Assembly (NCBI GenBank): GCA_965235115.1
Contig: OZ249436.1
Location: 27,282,001 to 27,346,000 of the forward strand
From: Laetmonice hystrix
Lineage: Eukaryota
Reading direction: 5' to 3'
Length of the DNA: 64,000 bases
Shown: in pieces, positions 33,001-45,500 of the stretch
Numbering within the stretch: the stretch's first letter is position 1
Layout of the letters: every line of letters starts with the position of its first letter
Notes under the pieces: generated by a model
Database searches by the model: none
The model's input: only the letters and a program-made list of their open reading frames with translations
What the model was told of the DNA's origin: nothing
Translations under genes and position numbers: made by a program

Positions 33001-36000
33001 AAATGTTATATTTTTCAAAGACTTTAGCATTTATTTGTTGCGGTTAATACTATAAAAGCAGATTGCTATAATTATATCATTTTGATATTTCTGTTAGTGT
33101 TTTTCCTCCAGAAATGTTAGATTCTCATTCGTTCTTCGTGCTTAGAAACATAAATTTCAATGCAACTCTTAAATGTTGGCAATTCAACAGAGCAAATAAT
33201 TGAAAGTAAACATTTATTTCATTCATTTATGTGAAAAATGTTTAAGATCAAAAGCATTTTTTATGTGATGACGACATCTTTTGGGGGGAAATTGTGCAAA
33301 ATTCACATGATACTTTCGTTACTGTAATTCTTGTCCTTTTGATTTTTTTTCTCGGTTCTTTTCCGTCCCACATTCTGTTTCTATATTGATCATATTTTGT
33401 ACGTGTCGTTTTTATACCTCTTCGTCCTGTTTAACATGTCTTTATTGATACCGGGGCTGATTTGTGACCCTGTCAATTTGCAGCTGTGTAGGCGAAATAT
33501 ACGTACCCCTTTCACCGTTGACACAAGTCACACCTCATGTAATTTCTGTAAACAAGATGCTGTCTCACAGGTACACGTATCACACAGAACGGAGCCAGTG
33601 GCGATGAAAGAGAGAAAGCGTTTTAGGCACTGAGAGTTTTGTATTTCATACCGAATATGTGAAAGGATTTTTCTATCCATCTGCCATGAAAACGTTTGCC
33701 CCCTGTGGGTGTTTGGTAAATAGAGGAGAGTGAAGCACTGAAATAAGCGCGCCTGCTGCCGCTACTACGAGTGATCCCGATCAGTTTACTCGATGAACAG
33801 CCCTCAGGGACCGATATCTATCCCGGCTTTTGCCTACCTAATAGATAGACTGTATTGGGCTGCAGATCTAGAGGAGATTGTTTCCCCATCGGCCCACGCT
33901 CGGCCCATTGAATCTGGGGGCCCTGTCGGTAGATTGCCATTGTTGCGATAATGCTAGCAGCGCTTTTAGACAGAAGAAAAAGATAAAAGCAGAGATAAAT
34001 GCGGACAGGGCACGGGAGAAACACTCGGTAAGATACTGTCAAATATGCTGGGGCAGCTCTCTTAACAATGCGCATTGTCGTTGACTGAAGAGCATAAAAT
34101 GCTTGTCCCTGCTCGCAGCCATTTAAGGCTGATGATTCTAATGTGCCCAAGCCTCCTCCATGCCAGTCACAGGCACCCACAAGAGCATGCATGAATTGCA
34201 TGCAGATGCACACGTTCGCCTTTGTAGGTAATCAGATGGAATAATAAAAACCAAATTGGCATAGAGCATAGGCTGGAAGCAAGAGCTTTTCGACCAGAAA
34301 GAACCAGCATTGTTGATCTACCACTCTAGATCAGCTCTGCACCAGTGTTGATTTATGTCAGTTATGGAAATCTGATGAAGTTATCAAACATGGCAGCCAT
34401 AATGCTGCAGAGCTGGCAAAGCCTATAACCGGTACACTGACTAAACACTCCGTTGATTTGTAGTTGGATTTCAAAGTACATTAAATACAGGCGCTTGTAT
34501 TTGAGGCGGTTTCTTTTTCAGAGCAATAATTGGAAATGACAAAATCTATTGTTGTTTCTAGAAGCATATTACTCAAGTTTCAGCGTAGGTTTTTCCTTTT
34601 TCAGTTGGTTTGATTTGTGCGTTCTAGCTAGTAGCCAATTATCTTTTGCTTCGTGTGCCCATTAAGATGATATTAAACACACTGGAGATAATGCAGCATT
34701 TTATCATTGCCCCAAACAAAAGGATTTTATACAAGAGACAGTATTTATCAGTGTTGTCATGCGATATTTTCCTCGCTGGCACTGAGATATAGACTAAAGA
34801 TATGCAGGTATCGACCATTGACGTTTAGTATAGTCTATAGTCATACTCATTTTAGATTAGATTACATCATTCTGTTGACAACTAGGGTGCATGCAGTCAA
34901 CAACAATTTAAAGATCTGTCTAGATTTTGCCCTATCGTATTGCTAAACAACAAATAGTGTACATAATTGATTATTGATTCTAAGACGGTGAACACCCGTT
35001 AGTGCTGGCAGGCCCATTAGAACGTGACATTATGGCCTATAATTAAAGAAGCTTGAGTGAACAATGCCCCAATTATTACCGTGCATCGATATAGATTTTT
35101 CCTGCGCCTATAAAGTGAGGCTGCCGAACAACTGAGGTGTTATAAACATTATGAGGTGGAAATGAAATTAATCCTTGCAATAATCCCGAATCACGTAATT
35201 GGCTTGTGGACGGAGCAGTGCCCTGATGATAACTTAGACTTGAATTCATCGAGAAAACTCCCATAATTACGGTCCAAATGCCCCCCACCCCACCCCACCC
35301 CACCCCACCCGACAATCCCCCAAGCACTGCAACCCTTCCCCGGTTATTATTAGTCAAACAGTGAGATAAATGGCACCTTGTGTTTGAAATCGAGGCACAC
35401 ATTAGCAAATTGAGGGCGCCAATTATATTTCCATAGAGCGTCTGTTTGTTCTGTTGCCGTGTCGGCAGTGTTATGTGCCCCGCTGCCACCCTCACTGAGT
35501 GACAGGTGCACGAGTCGCATGTGTAACTGCTTGCCCCCTTTCTCCCTCCCCCATCCCCATAGAACGACGCTTAGAACGGGCGCTGTCGACCTTGGGTGTT
35601 GCCTCATTAGAACCATGACCTCTGATTGGATAGTAGCATGACCAATCATTGGAGGGCTATCAATAGGCGCCCCTGCGGTGTGTCGCACGCGCTGAGACGT
35701 CCAACTCGCCAGCCAAGCAGAATGCAGTGTTTAGGGGGATGGCTGAAGTTATATAGCACTCCTCACACTCTGAAAGTTATTGTCAGATAGCAGCGACAGA
35801 CCATCCGTCATACAGTGGGGTAATAGAAAGCTGTCACTGCTTTCTGATTTAAACATATTCAGGAATGTAAAGAAAGTCTGCTTCATACTTTCTGTTTTGG
35901 AGGTATTCTTTTTCACTTAATGGTCATTAAAATTGTGTACGTGCTCCATTATACTGGAGAAATGGGCCATGCATTAGACATCTGACGGCAGATTAATGAT

Positions 36001-36437
36001 GGTATTTTCCGCTTTAAAAAAAACTCATGAACAATAGCAACGTTTAGATACTGAAAAAAAAACCCAAAGACAAAGGTAAAACAAATGGTTAAATATTTCT
36101 CTCTGCTGGGAATATTTGAGATACATGGGGGAATTTGGATGTAGGAGGCAGATATAAGATAGTGACATTAGGTAGTTACTAGTCAGGACATAATGATACA
36201 AGAGTGATAGGACTGTGAACTTATAATGAGCATGAATAATTGATTGATGCGTAATCACGCCGGCCGGGCAGCTGCTGCAGTCTGAACTGAATGGCTGTCG
36301 GCGGTATGTAATCAAGCAGAAGTCAAGCCGGCTACATCAATGTCACCCTATTTACAGTGGTGATCATGGGGTTGGACAGGAGGGTGAAGCCCCCACCTCC
36401 ACCATCATCACCCTCACCCAAGTGACAGACCTCAACC

Positions 36438-37304
36438 TGGTATGGCAGGACTGGAGGTGCAGCAGCAGACATGATAAGGAAACCCTATGATGGAACATTG
36501 TATAATGATTGGTATGGGAGGACTGGAGGTGCAGCAGCAGACATGATAAGGAAACCCTATGATGGAACATTGTATAATGATTGGTATGGGAGGATTGGAG
36601 GTGCAGCAGCAGACATGATAAAGAAACCCTATGATGGAACATTGTATAATGATTGGTATGGGAGGACTGGAGGTGCAGCAGCAGACATGATAAGGAAACC
36701 CTATGATGGAACATTGTATAATGATTGGTATGGGAGGACTGGAGGTGCAGCAGCAGACATGATAAAGAAACCCTATGATGGAACATTGTATAATGATTGG
36801 TATGGGAGGATTGGAGGTGCAGCAGCAGACATGATAAAGAAACCCTATGATGGAACATTGTATAATGATTGGTATGGGAGGATTGGAGGTGCAGCAGCAG
36901 ACATGATAAAGAAACCCTATGATGGAACATTGTATAATGATTGGTATGGGAGGACTGGAGGTGCAGCAGCAGACATGATAAAGAAACACTATGATGGAAC
37001 ATTGTATAATGATTGGTATGGGAGGATTGGAGGTGCAGCAGCAGACATGATAAAGAAACCCTATGATGGAACATTGTATAATGATTGGTATGGGAGGATT
37101 GGAGGTGCAGCAGCAGACATGATAAGGAAACCCTATGATGGAACATTGTATAATGATTGGTATGGGAGGACTGGAGGTGCAGCAGCAGACATGATAAAGA
37201 AACCCTATGATGGAACATTACAAGTAAAATGATTGGTATGGGAGGACTGGAGGTGCAGCAGCAGACATGATAAAGACCCCTATGATGGAACATTGTATAA
37301 TGAT
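36438..37304. repeat. Minisatellite, 72-bp unit, ~12 copies
   Basis: Unit tggtatgggagga(c/t)tggaggtgcagcagcagacatgataa(g/a)gaaaccctatgatggaacattgtataatgat. Confidence 0.97.
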
Positions 37305-37946
37305 TAGAGTTAGCCGCGTAAGGAGAGATAGTATAGAAGGTTGACTAGGAAATTGACTTTAATAACACCAGATAGGAAATTACATGAGAACCTTTCTTGT
37401 CTAAAGATGAAAGAAAGAAAGCAGTTTTATACTGGTGAAAAAAAGATGAACCCCCACAAAGCATGTGTGCATCACTGATATTTCAAAGCAGAACTGCTCG
37501 CCATCTACTTAAGGAGGCATTCCTTCTTAAACTAATTAAAGGAAAACCTGACACAATGAATATTATGGCTCAACCTGAGATTTACCTCATCTTCCATCTC
37601 CCAAGGTCTGGGACACGATTGGGGCCAGCCGTCGAGTCTTGTATCCGCCTCATCCCATTGTAGGCGGGCCGACAACGGGCGACCATTAAAGGTGCCACAC
37701 CATGTGGCCGCCACCGATCGACACGTGTCGCTGTAGCGGCCACTGAGGCCCTAATGGCGGCAGCATAATGAAGCGATAGATCTGCCACGCTGGGCGCTGG
37801 GTCATGTTTGCCATGTCATTGTGAGACAAGAATGTCTGTCGGTATCAAGGGCCAGGTGCTGTATGTATGTAAACTGACAACTCTACGGTTCTGTCTCGAT
37901 ATATTGGTGGATAGGTAAGATCATTATACCAATTGCTAAGTTGAGG

Positions 37947-40462
37947 CCGTGTTTGTCTGCCCGGTACCAACGAAAGGAAATAATGTAGAGAGCGATCAGA
38001 GGGAGAAGATTCTGATCCGTGTTTGTCTGCCCGGTACCAACGAAAGGAAATAATGTAGAGAGCGATCAGAGGGAGAAGTTTCTGATCCGTGTTTGTCTGT
38101 CGTGTACCAACGAAAGGAAATAATGTAGAGAGCGACCAGAGGGAGAAGATTCTGATCCGTGTTTGTCTGTCGTGTACCAACGAAAGGAAATAATGTAGAG
38201 AGCGATCAGAGGGAGCAGATACTGATCCGTGTTTGTCTGTCGTGTACCAACGATAGGAAATAATGTAGAGAGCGATCAGAGGGAGAAGATTCTGATCCGT
38301 GTTTGTCTGTCGTGTACCAACGATAGGAAATAATGTAGAGAGCGATCAGAGGGAGAAGATTCTGATCCGTGTTTGTCTGTCCTGTACCAACGAGAGGAAA
38401 TAATGTAGAGAGCGATCAGAGGGAGCAGATACTGATCCGTGTTTGTCTGTCCTGTACCAACGAAAGGAAATAATGTAGAGAGCGATCAGAGGGAGAAGAT
38501 TCTGATCCGTGTTTGTCTGTCCTGTACCAACGATAGGAAATAATGTAGAGAGCGATCAGAGGGAGAAGATTCTGATCCGTGTTTGTCTGTCCTGTACCAA
38601 CGAGAGGAAATAATGTAGAGAGCGATCAGAGGGAGAAGATTCTGATCCGTGTTTGTCTGTCGTGTACCAACGAAAGGAAATAATGTAGAGAGCGATCAGA
38701 GGGAGCAGATACTGATCCGTGTTTGTCTGTCGTGTACCAACGATAGGAAATAATGTAGAGAGCGATCAAAGGGAGAAGATTCTGATCCGTGTTTGTCTGT
38801 CGTGTACCAACGATAGGAAATAATGTAGAGAGCGATCAGAGGGAGAAGATTCTGATCCGTGTTTGTCTGTCCTGTACCAACGAGAGGAAATAATGTAGAG
38901 AGCGATCAGAGGGAGCAGATACTGATCCGTGTTTGTCTGTCCTGTACCAACGAAAGGAAATAATGTAGAGAGCGATCAGAGGGAGAAGATTCTGATCCGT
39001 GTTTGTCTGTCCTGTACCAACGAAAGGAAGTAATGTAGGGAGCGATCAGAGGGAGAAGATTCTGATCCGTGTTTGTCTGTCCTGTACCAACGAAAGGAAA
39101 TAATGTAGAGAGCGATCAGAGGGAGAAGATTCTGATCCGTGTTTGTCTGTCGTGTACCAACGATAGGAAATAATGTAGAGAGCGATCAGAGGGATAAGAT
39201 TCTGATCCGTGTTTGTCTGTCGTGTACCAACGATAGGAAATAATGTAGAGAGCGATCAGAGGGAGAAGTTTCTGATCCGTGTTTGTCTGTCGTGTACCAA
39301 CGATAGGAAATAATGTAGAGAGCGATCAGAGGGAGAAGATTCTGATCCGTGTTTGTCTGTCCTGTACCAACGAAAGGAAATAATGTAGAGGGCGATCAGA
39401 GGGAGAAGATTCTGATCCGTGTTTGTCTGCCCGGTACCAACGAAAGGAAAAAATGTAGAGAGCGATCAGAGGGAGAAGATTCTGATCCGTGTTTGTCTGT
39501 CCTGTACCAACGAAAGGAAGTAATGTAGAGAGCGATCAGAGGGAGAAGATTCTGATCCGTGTTTGTCTGTCCTGTACCAACGAAAGGAAATAATGTAGAG
39601 AGCGATCAGAGGGAGAAGATTCTGATCCGTGTTTGTCTGCCCGGTACCAACGAAAGGAAAAAATGTAGAGAGCGATCAGAGGGAGAAGATTCTGATCCGT
39701 GTTTGTCTGTCCTGTACCAACGAAAGGAAGTAATGTAGAGAGCGATCAGAGGGAGAAGATTCTGATCCGTGTTTGTCTGTCGTGTACCAACGAAAGGAAA
39801 TAATGTAGAGAGCGATCAGAGGGAGAAGATTCTGATCCGTGTTTGTCTGTCGTGTACCAACGAAAGGAAATAATGTAGAGAGCGATCAGAGGGAGAAGAT
39901 TCTGATCCGTGTTTGTCTGTCCTGTACCAACGAAAGGAAATAATGTAGAGAGCGATCAGAGGGAGAAGATTCTGATCCGTGTTTGTCTGTCGTGTACCAA
40001 CGATAGGAAATAATGTAGAGAGCGATCAGAGGGAGAAGATTCTGATCCGTGTTTGTCTGTCCTGTACCAACGAAAGGAAATAATGTAGAGAGCGATCAGA
40101 GGGAGAAGTTTCTGATCCGTGTTTGTCTGTCCTGTACCAACGATAGGAAATAATGTAGAGAGCGATCAGAGGGAGAAGATTCTGATCCGTGTTTGTCTGT
40201 CCTGTACCAACGAAAGGAAGTAATGTAGAGAGCGATCAGAGGGAGAAGATTCTGATCCGTGTTTGTCCTGTACCAACGAAAGGAAATAATGTAGGGAGCG
40301 ATCAGAGGGAGAAGTTTCTGATCCGTGTTTGTCTGTCGTGTACCAACGATAGGAAATAATGTAGAAAGCGATCAGAAGGAGAAGATTCTGATCAGTGTTT
40401 GTCTGTCGTGTACCAACGAAAGGAAATAATGTAGAGAGCGATCAGAGGGAGAAGATTCTGAT
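37947..40462. repeat. Minisatellite, 70-bp unit, ~36 copies
   Basis: Unit gtttgtctgtcgtgtaccaacgaaaggaaataatgtagagagcgatcagagggagaagattctgatccgt. Confidence 0.97.
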
Positions 40463-40613
40463 TAATTTGGAATGATCAGAGAGGATAGCTTGAAGTAGAA
40501 AGGTACACTAGCTGTGGATGGGATCTTATAGAGGGCCTATTGTCCGATTCTTTTGATACAATGATATGGGAATATGGTCGGGAATATAAGTAAATTGATT
40601 GGAGAAACCATAT

Positions 40614-42590
40614 TACGGTGGCCGATTAGTGCCAACGACGAATACAAATTCAAAACGACGAATACAAAAGCAAAACGACAAATACAAAAGCAAAACGACA
40701 AATACAAATTCAAAACGACGAATACAAAAGCAAAACGACAAATACAAAAGCAAAAACGACAAATACAAATTCAAAACGAAGAATACAAATTCAAAACGAC
40801 AAATACAAAAGCAAAAACGATGAATACAAATCCCTCTCACACCACAAACAACAACTTGGCGTGAAGCACGTTTACAAAAAGGATATCCATGTTCCGGGCC
40901 GAGAGTCGACCAGGACGAGTCTAAGTGTAAATGTGGGACAGGGGTGAGCTGAGGTGACATCTACCGAGGCCTGCTATGGAATACCTGAAGGGAAATTCTT
41001 CGACTTCCAGCTCGACGTACATACATTTACTGAGACACCGACCATAACTTCGACTTCGACTTCGACGTAAACTTCGACTTCGAGTTGGGAGGCACATTCT
41101 CAAACTCGTTCCAAAGGCAACCTTTTTATTTAGCGTGTTTGGGCTTTGGCGTGGCTCCTCCGTCCATGCAGTGGCGGATCCAACGGGCCAGGCGCGGATT
41201 TAGGGGGGGGGGATCATTGTCGGGGGGGGGGGGGGCGTTGCCGGGGCCGGGCGGGGGCACCCCCCCCCCCCCCCACCCCGCACCGGTGTGACTAATTACC
41301 GAAATCTACCGAAATCTACCGGAATCTACCGGAATTCAGAAACCCCATGACTAATTACCGAACTTCCCCCAAACTTCCCCAAATGGACCTCTAGTTGTGT
41401 TTGGGACCCCCCAAACTTTCGAATCGACCTCTAGTTGTGTTTGGGAGTCCCCAAACTTACGGAAATCGACCCACTGTAATTGGGTTTGGGAGCCCCCAAA
41501 CTTACCGAAATCGACCTCTAATTGGGTTTGGGAGCCCCCAAACTTACCGAAATCTGGGGGCTCCCAAACACAACTAGAGGTCGATTTCGGTAACTTTGGG
41601 GGCTCCCAAACAACACTAGAGGTCGATTTCGGTAATTTAGGGGGCTCCTATAAACCCAATTATAGGTCGACTTCAGTAAGTTTGGGGGCTCCCAAACACA
41701 ACTAGAGGTCCATTTCGGTAAGTTTGGGGGCTCTCAAACACAACTAGAGGTCCATTTCGGTAAGTTTGGGGCTCCCAAACACAACTATAGAGGTCGATTT
41801 CGGTAATTTTAGGGGCTCCTAAACCCAATTACAGAGGTCGATTTTGGTAAGTCTCGGGGCTTCCCAATACTATTAGAGGTCGATTTCGGTAAGTTTGGGG
41901 GCTCCCAAACACAAAGTTCTGGAGGTCAATTTCGGTAAGTTTGTGGGCTCTCAAACACAACTAGAGGTCGATTTCGGTAATTTTGGGGGTCGATTTCGGT
42001 AATTAGTCATGGGGGTTTCTGGATTTCGGTATATTCCGGTAGATTTCGGTATATTCCGGTAGATTTCGGTAATTAATCACACCCGTGGACAGTTTCCGCC
42101 CTAGTAGGAATTGGAACGAGTTGCGCATGTCCGAGACTTTGGCTCCCTTATGTCAATCTCCTACCGCAGCGTCTCAGTATCGCCAGAACTAGTCAGAGTG
42201 CAAACACCCCTGTCCACTTAGACTCGCCCTGGTCGTCCCTGGGCCCCGAACATGGATACCATTCTTGTAAGCGTGCTACACGCCAACTTGTTGTTCGCGT
42301 TTGTGATCTATCTCTTGCATTTGCGTGTTTGAATTTGTTTTCGCGGTTTTTGTTTTGTAATTGCCGTTTTGGCGTTTGCGTTTGTGTTTTCTCTTTTGTT
42401 TTTGCGTTTTTGAATTTGTGGTCGTGGTTTCTGTTTTGTAATCGCCGTTCTAACTTTTGCGTTTGTGTTTTCTCTTTTGCATTCGTCGTTTTTAATTTGT
42501 AAACGTGTTTTCTCTTTTGCATTCGTCGTTTTTAATTTGTAAACGTGTTTCCTCTTTTGTAATCGTCGTTGGCACTAACCGGCCACCATA
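40614..42590. mobile_element. IS3EU-type non-autonomous element with long repeat-rich TIRs, 6-bp TSD
   Basis: Termini TACGGTGGCCGATTAGTGCCAACGACG / CGTCGTTGGCACTAACCGGCCACCATA; CCATAT at 40608-40613 and 42591-42596; arm similarity continues for several hundred bp. Confidence 0.82.
41281..42087. mobile_element. Foldback element of inverted ~42-bp tandem units, nested in the IS3EU-type element
   Basis: CACCGGTGTGACTAATTACCGAAATCTACCG / CGGTAGATTTCGGTAATTAATCACACCCGTG; internal units ccaaacttaccgaaatcgacctctagttgtgtttgggagccc flip orientation near 41555. Confidence 0.8.
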
Positions 42591-45500
42591 CCATATGGCT
42601 AAGTCAAGGACATCTTAACAAACAAACCCGCCGATACCTCATTATAAGGGAGCAGGTGTGTACATATCAGCATACTTTGCAATTATCACATTAAAGATGT
42701 CCAAACATGGTTTCTCCGCCAAGGAAAAGACCAACAAACTGACATCACTGACCAAAGTAAAGGTTCCGTCATTCTTTGAACTTCTGACCGACACTGTACG
42801 ATATAATATGCCCTGCGTAGTGAAGGAACACCAGTAAAATATTTCGTGCAAATTATGATGTGATGTTCTCAAAATGGAGTTGCAGTGCATTTTATTTGCT
42901 TCTTTTGTATTCATTTTCTTCTAGTTTTTAGAAATTGTATAACTGATTTAAGCAACATGTTCTAAGACAGCGTCCTTATTTATTACTAAAATGTAGTCCC
43001 GGTGATGTTAATGTATTTCAGGGCCTCAATATAAAGGGGTGCTATGTGGGGGGGGGGGGGGAGAATAACAATTAATTCAGTGATGTTTTACAGTATCACG
43101 AGATAATAGATTTAGAAGAGGCCTTTGGCGGGTTCTACGTAGTGACAGGACGTGTCCTTAGTGACAGGGTGCCGTTGACGTGACGTGACGTGACGTGTAC
43201 AACGTAACGCTATGAGTAGATGCACGCAATCACAACAGCTAGAGTTGACGACGGATGCAACCAGAAAAAATTTCGCACCCAACAAAATGGCTTAGCATGT
43301 CAGTGCTTCATAAGAGGTGGACAGACAATGCAATAAGTCCATGCTCGTGAAGATTAGCCCATTGTTTCCACCACCAGGGTCTCTGTGCCTGCCAAAACGG
43401 CTATTGTCTCACCTTATGCTGATTCCTTACAATAGAAGCCGTCGGTTGCCGTTGACAACGTGGGGTTTTGCAGTACATGGCAGTAAGCACACTAGAAATA
43501 ATTATAGTGCTGGGGAGTTGAGACCATGCCCAATATATAAACACCGCAGCAGAAAATCAATCTACGTCAAACAAATAAATTAGGGTACATTCCTTTCATC
43601 TGAGCATTTGCTACCTCGGGTCCTAGTGTCGTCAATTCTAATTCTAAGCGCATACGTTAGTAAGGGTTCAGAGAGAGAGAGCAATAACATGGTTGATTGG
43701 GAGAAGTGGGTTGTTAGGAATGCTTCTCTGGGTTGCTTGGCACATGTTTTGAATTACAGTTGAATTCGTGGACGTTCATATGCACCAGGATGTTCGTGCT
43801 GCTCGAGGCTGGGAAGACTTATGATCATTCAGTTAACAACTAGAGCAATTCTTATTGAGACTGACAGGTCTAGAACTTTATGAGTCTGCTATATTGCAGG
43901 CATTGTCTGGCGTGAGCATGGCATTTAATTCGAAAGAATATTCGGTGCTGACTTAGTTTATATTTTAAAACGCTATCCTGATGTTTTGCGCAAATTCTTT
44001 GTTTTTATCAAATAACAGAGATTTATTTATTCATTATATTACTGCTTTTTAGAGTAATTTAGTTATTCTAAAACAAAACTGGTTGAATTGAGTCAATCTG
44101 GCAAGTTTGGTGAGGTTATTACCCGCTGGTACTCATCAAATGATTTCAGAGTATCACTTCTCTCTCTAAATGTGAACGTCAGTTTTGTTGATTGATGGCT
44201 GATATTTCATGCAGTTTCATGTTGACCTGACAATTAGACTGGAAGCCGGACACACGCATGAAGCCCGATATGAGACCGGGATCTTTCCTTCTCATGTTAT
44301 TCAAGAACCAGAGTGGAAATCAAAGATGGACCAGTGGAGAGAGAACCTTCAAGGACATTGAATTCACTCCCAAAGGCGGTGCCTAGCTTCAAGCAGTCAT
44401 CAGAGTGAATCATTGTAAAATAATTATGCTGCTGTAAAAATGGCAACTTTTATTAAGTCGGACCTCTTTGAAGCCTTGTGTAATGATAACGTCAGCCGAA
44501 TCTCCTCAAGTGTGCTGATTGGTGGGCGTAATTAGAGTCAAGCTCGTTTTCATTGCATCTCTTTGTTTTATACCGTTGCCAGCTGTCATCAACACCAGCC
44601 AGTTTCTACTTTTAGTCTCGACCGGGGCCCTCGGCATGTTTTATTATCAATTGGAGTCCCAAACAAAGGATTGAGATCTGATTTATATTTCATATCCAAC
44701 GGTGTGAAGCAATTGGTGTTTGCATTTTATAGGTCATGGATTGTCTTTAGGAATGGCACAGCTATCCGTTCATGCGAAAGGTGTGGCAGTTTGAGCGTCA
44801 CAGTCTGAATTTTTTTGCTTCAGTGATCAGGGAATTTGTGATGACATTTCCATAAAGAAGGGTATTATAGTAATGTTTTATTGCTTAGAATTGTGCTGAA
44901 TTCTACACTGAAATTTAGTCAGAGAATTTGTGAAATCATGGAAGAGGATAACAATCATATTGTACTGAGATTCGAATCTGGTTGCGGATGTGTTTTTGAA
45001 ATTTAATCACTCTTCCATTGAATACAGTGTTTTCTGTCCGAATGATCCTGTTCTAATACTGCTATCCTCACACGATGTGCAGACCCAAATTATTAATTAA
45101 AAATCGGCATAATTGGAAAACCAGCTTGTGGAGTTCATAGCAATACTTCAAAATCTATACGGCAAGGAAAGACGGGACTTGTGTATGTCAACGATTTTAA
45201 CAGGATAATGTTTTCTTAGATGAATAAAGATTTTCACGGCGTTTAAAAGCTGTTGACCTCGAGTTCTACGTGTACATGGTAGCCATTTTCAATTATTAAA
45301 GTTCTAAGCCTGTAGCAAATAATAATTCTTGAATATACAAAAAACACCCGCAGTTCTTGATATTTGGCACAACTGACAGGGAAAACTCGGTTCTGTCGCC
45401 CGCGTAAGGACATGTGCTGGAGAGAGGTCGTGATATATTGTGAGGATTCATCACCGCATTCTATAGAGAGCAAAGCTTTTTCATTGAATCTTCGGGGCGT

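Noticed and set aside
35861..35880. ggaatgtaaagaa resembling miR-1
   Set aside because: Match is partial and there is no complementary 5' arm to form a pre-miRNA hairpin.
40574..40960. Lys/Thr/Asn-rich repetitive ORFs (also 42193-42522)
   Set aside because: Translations of A-rich tandem modules inside transposon TIRs.
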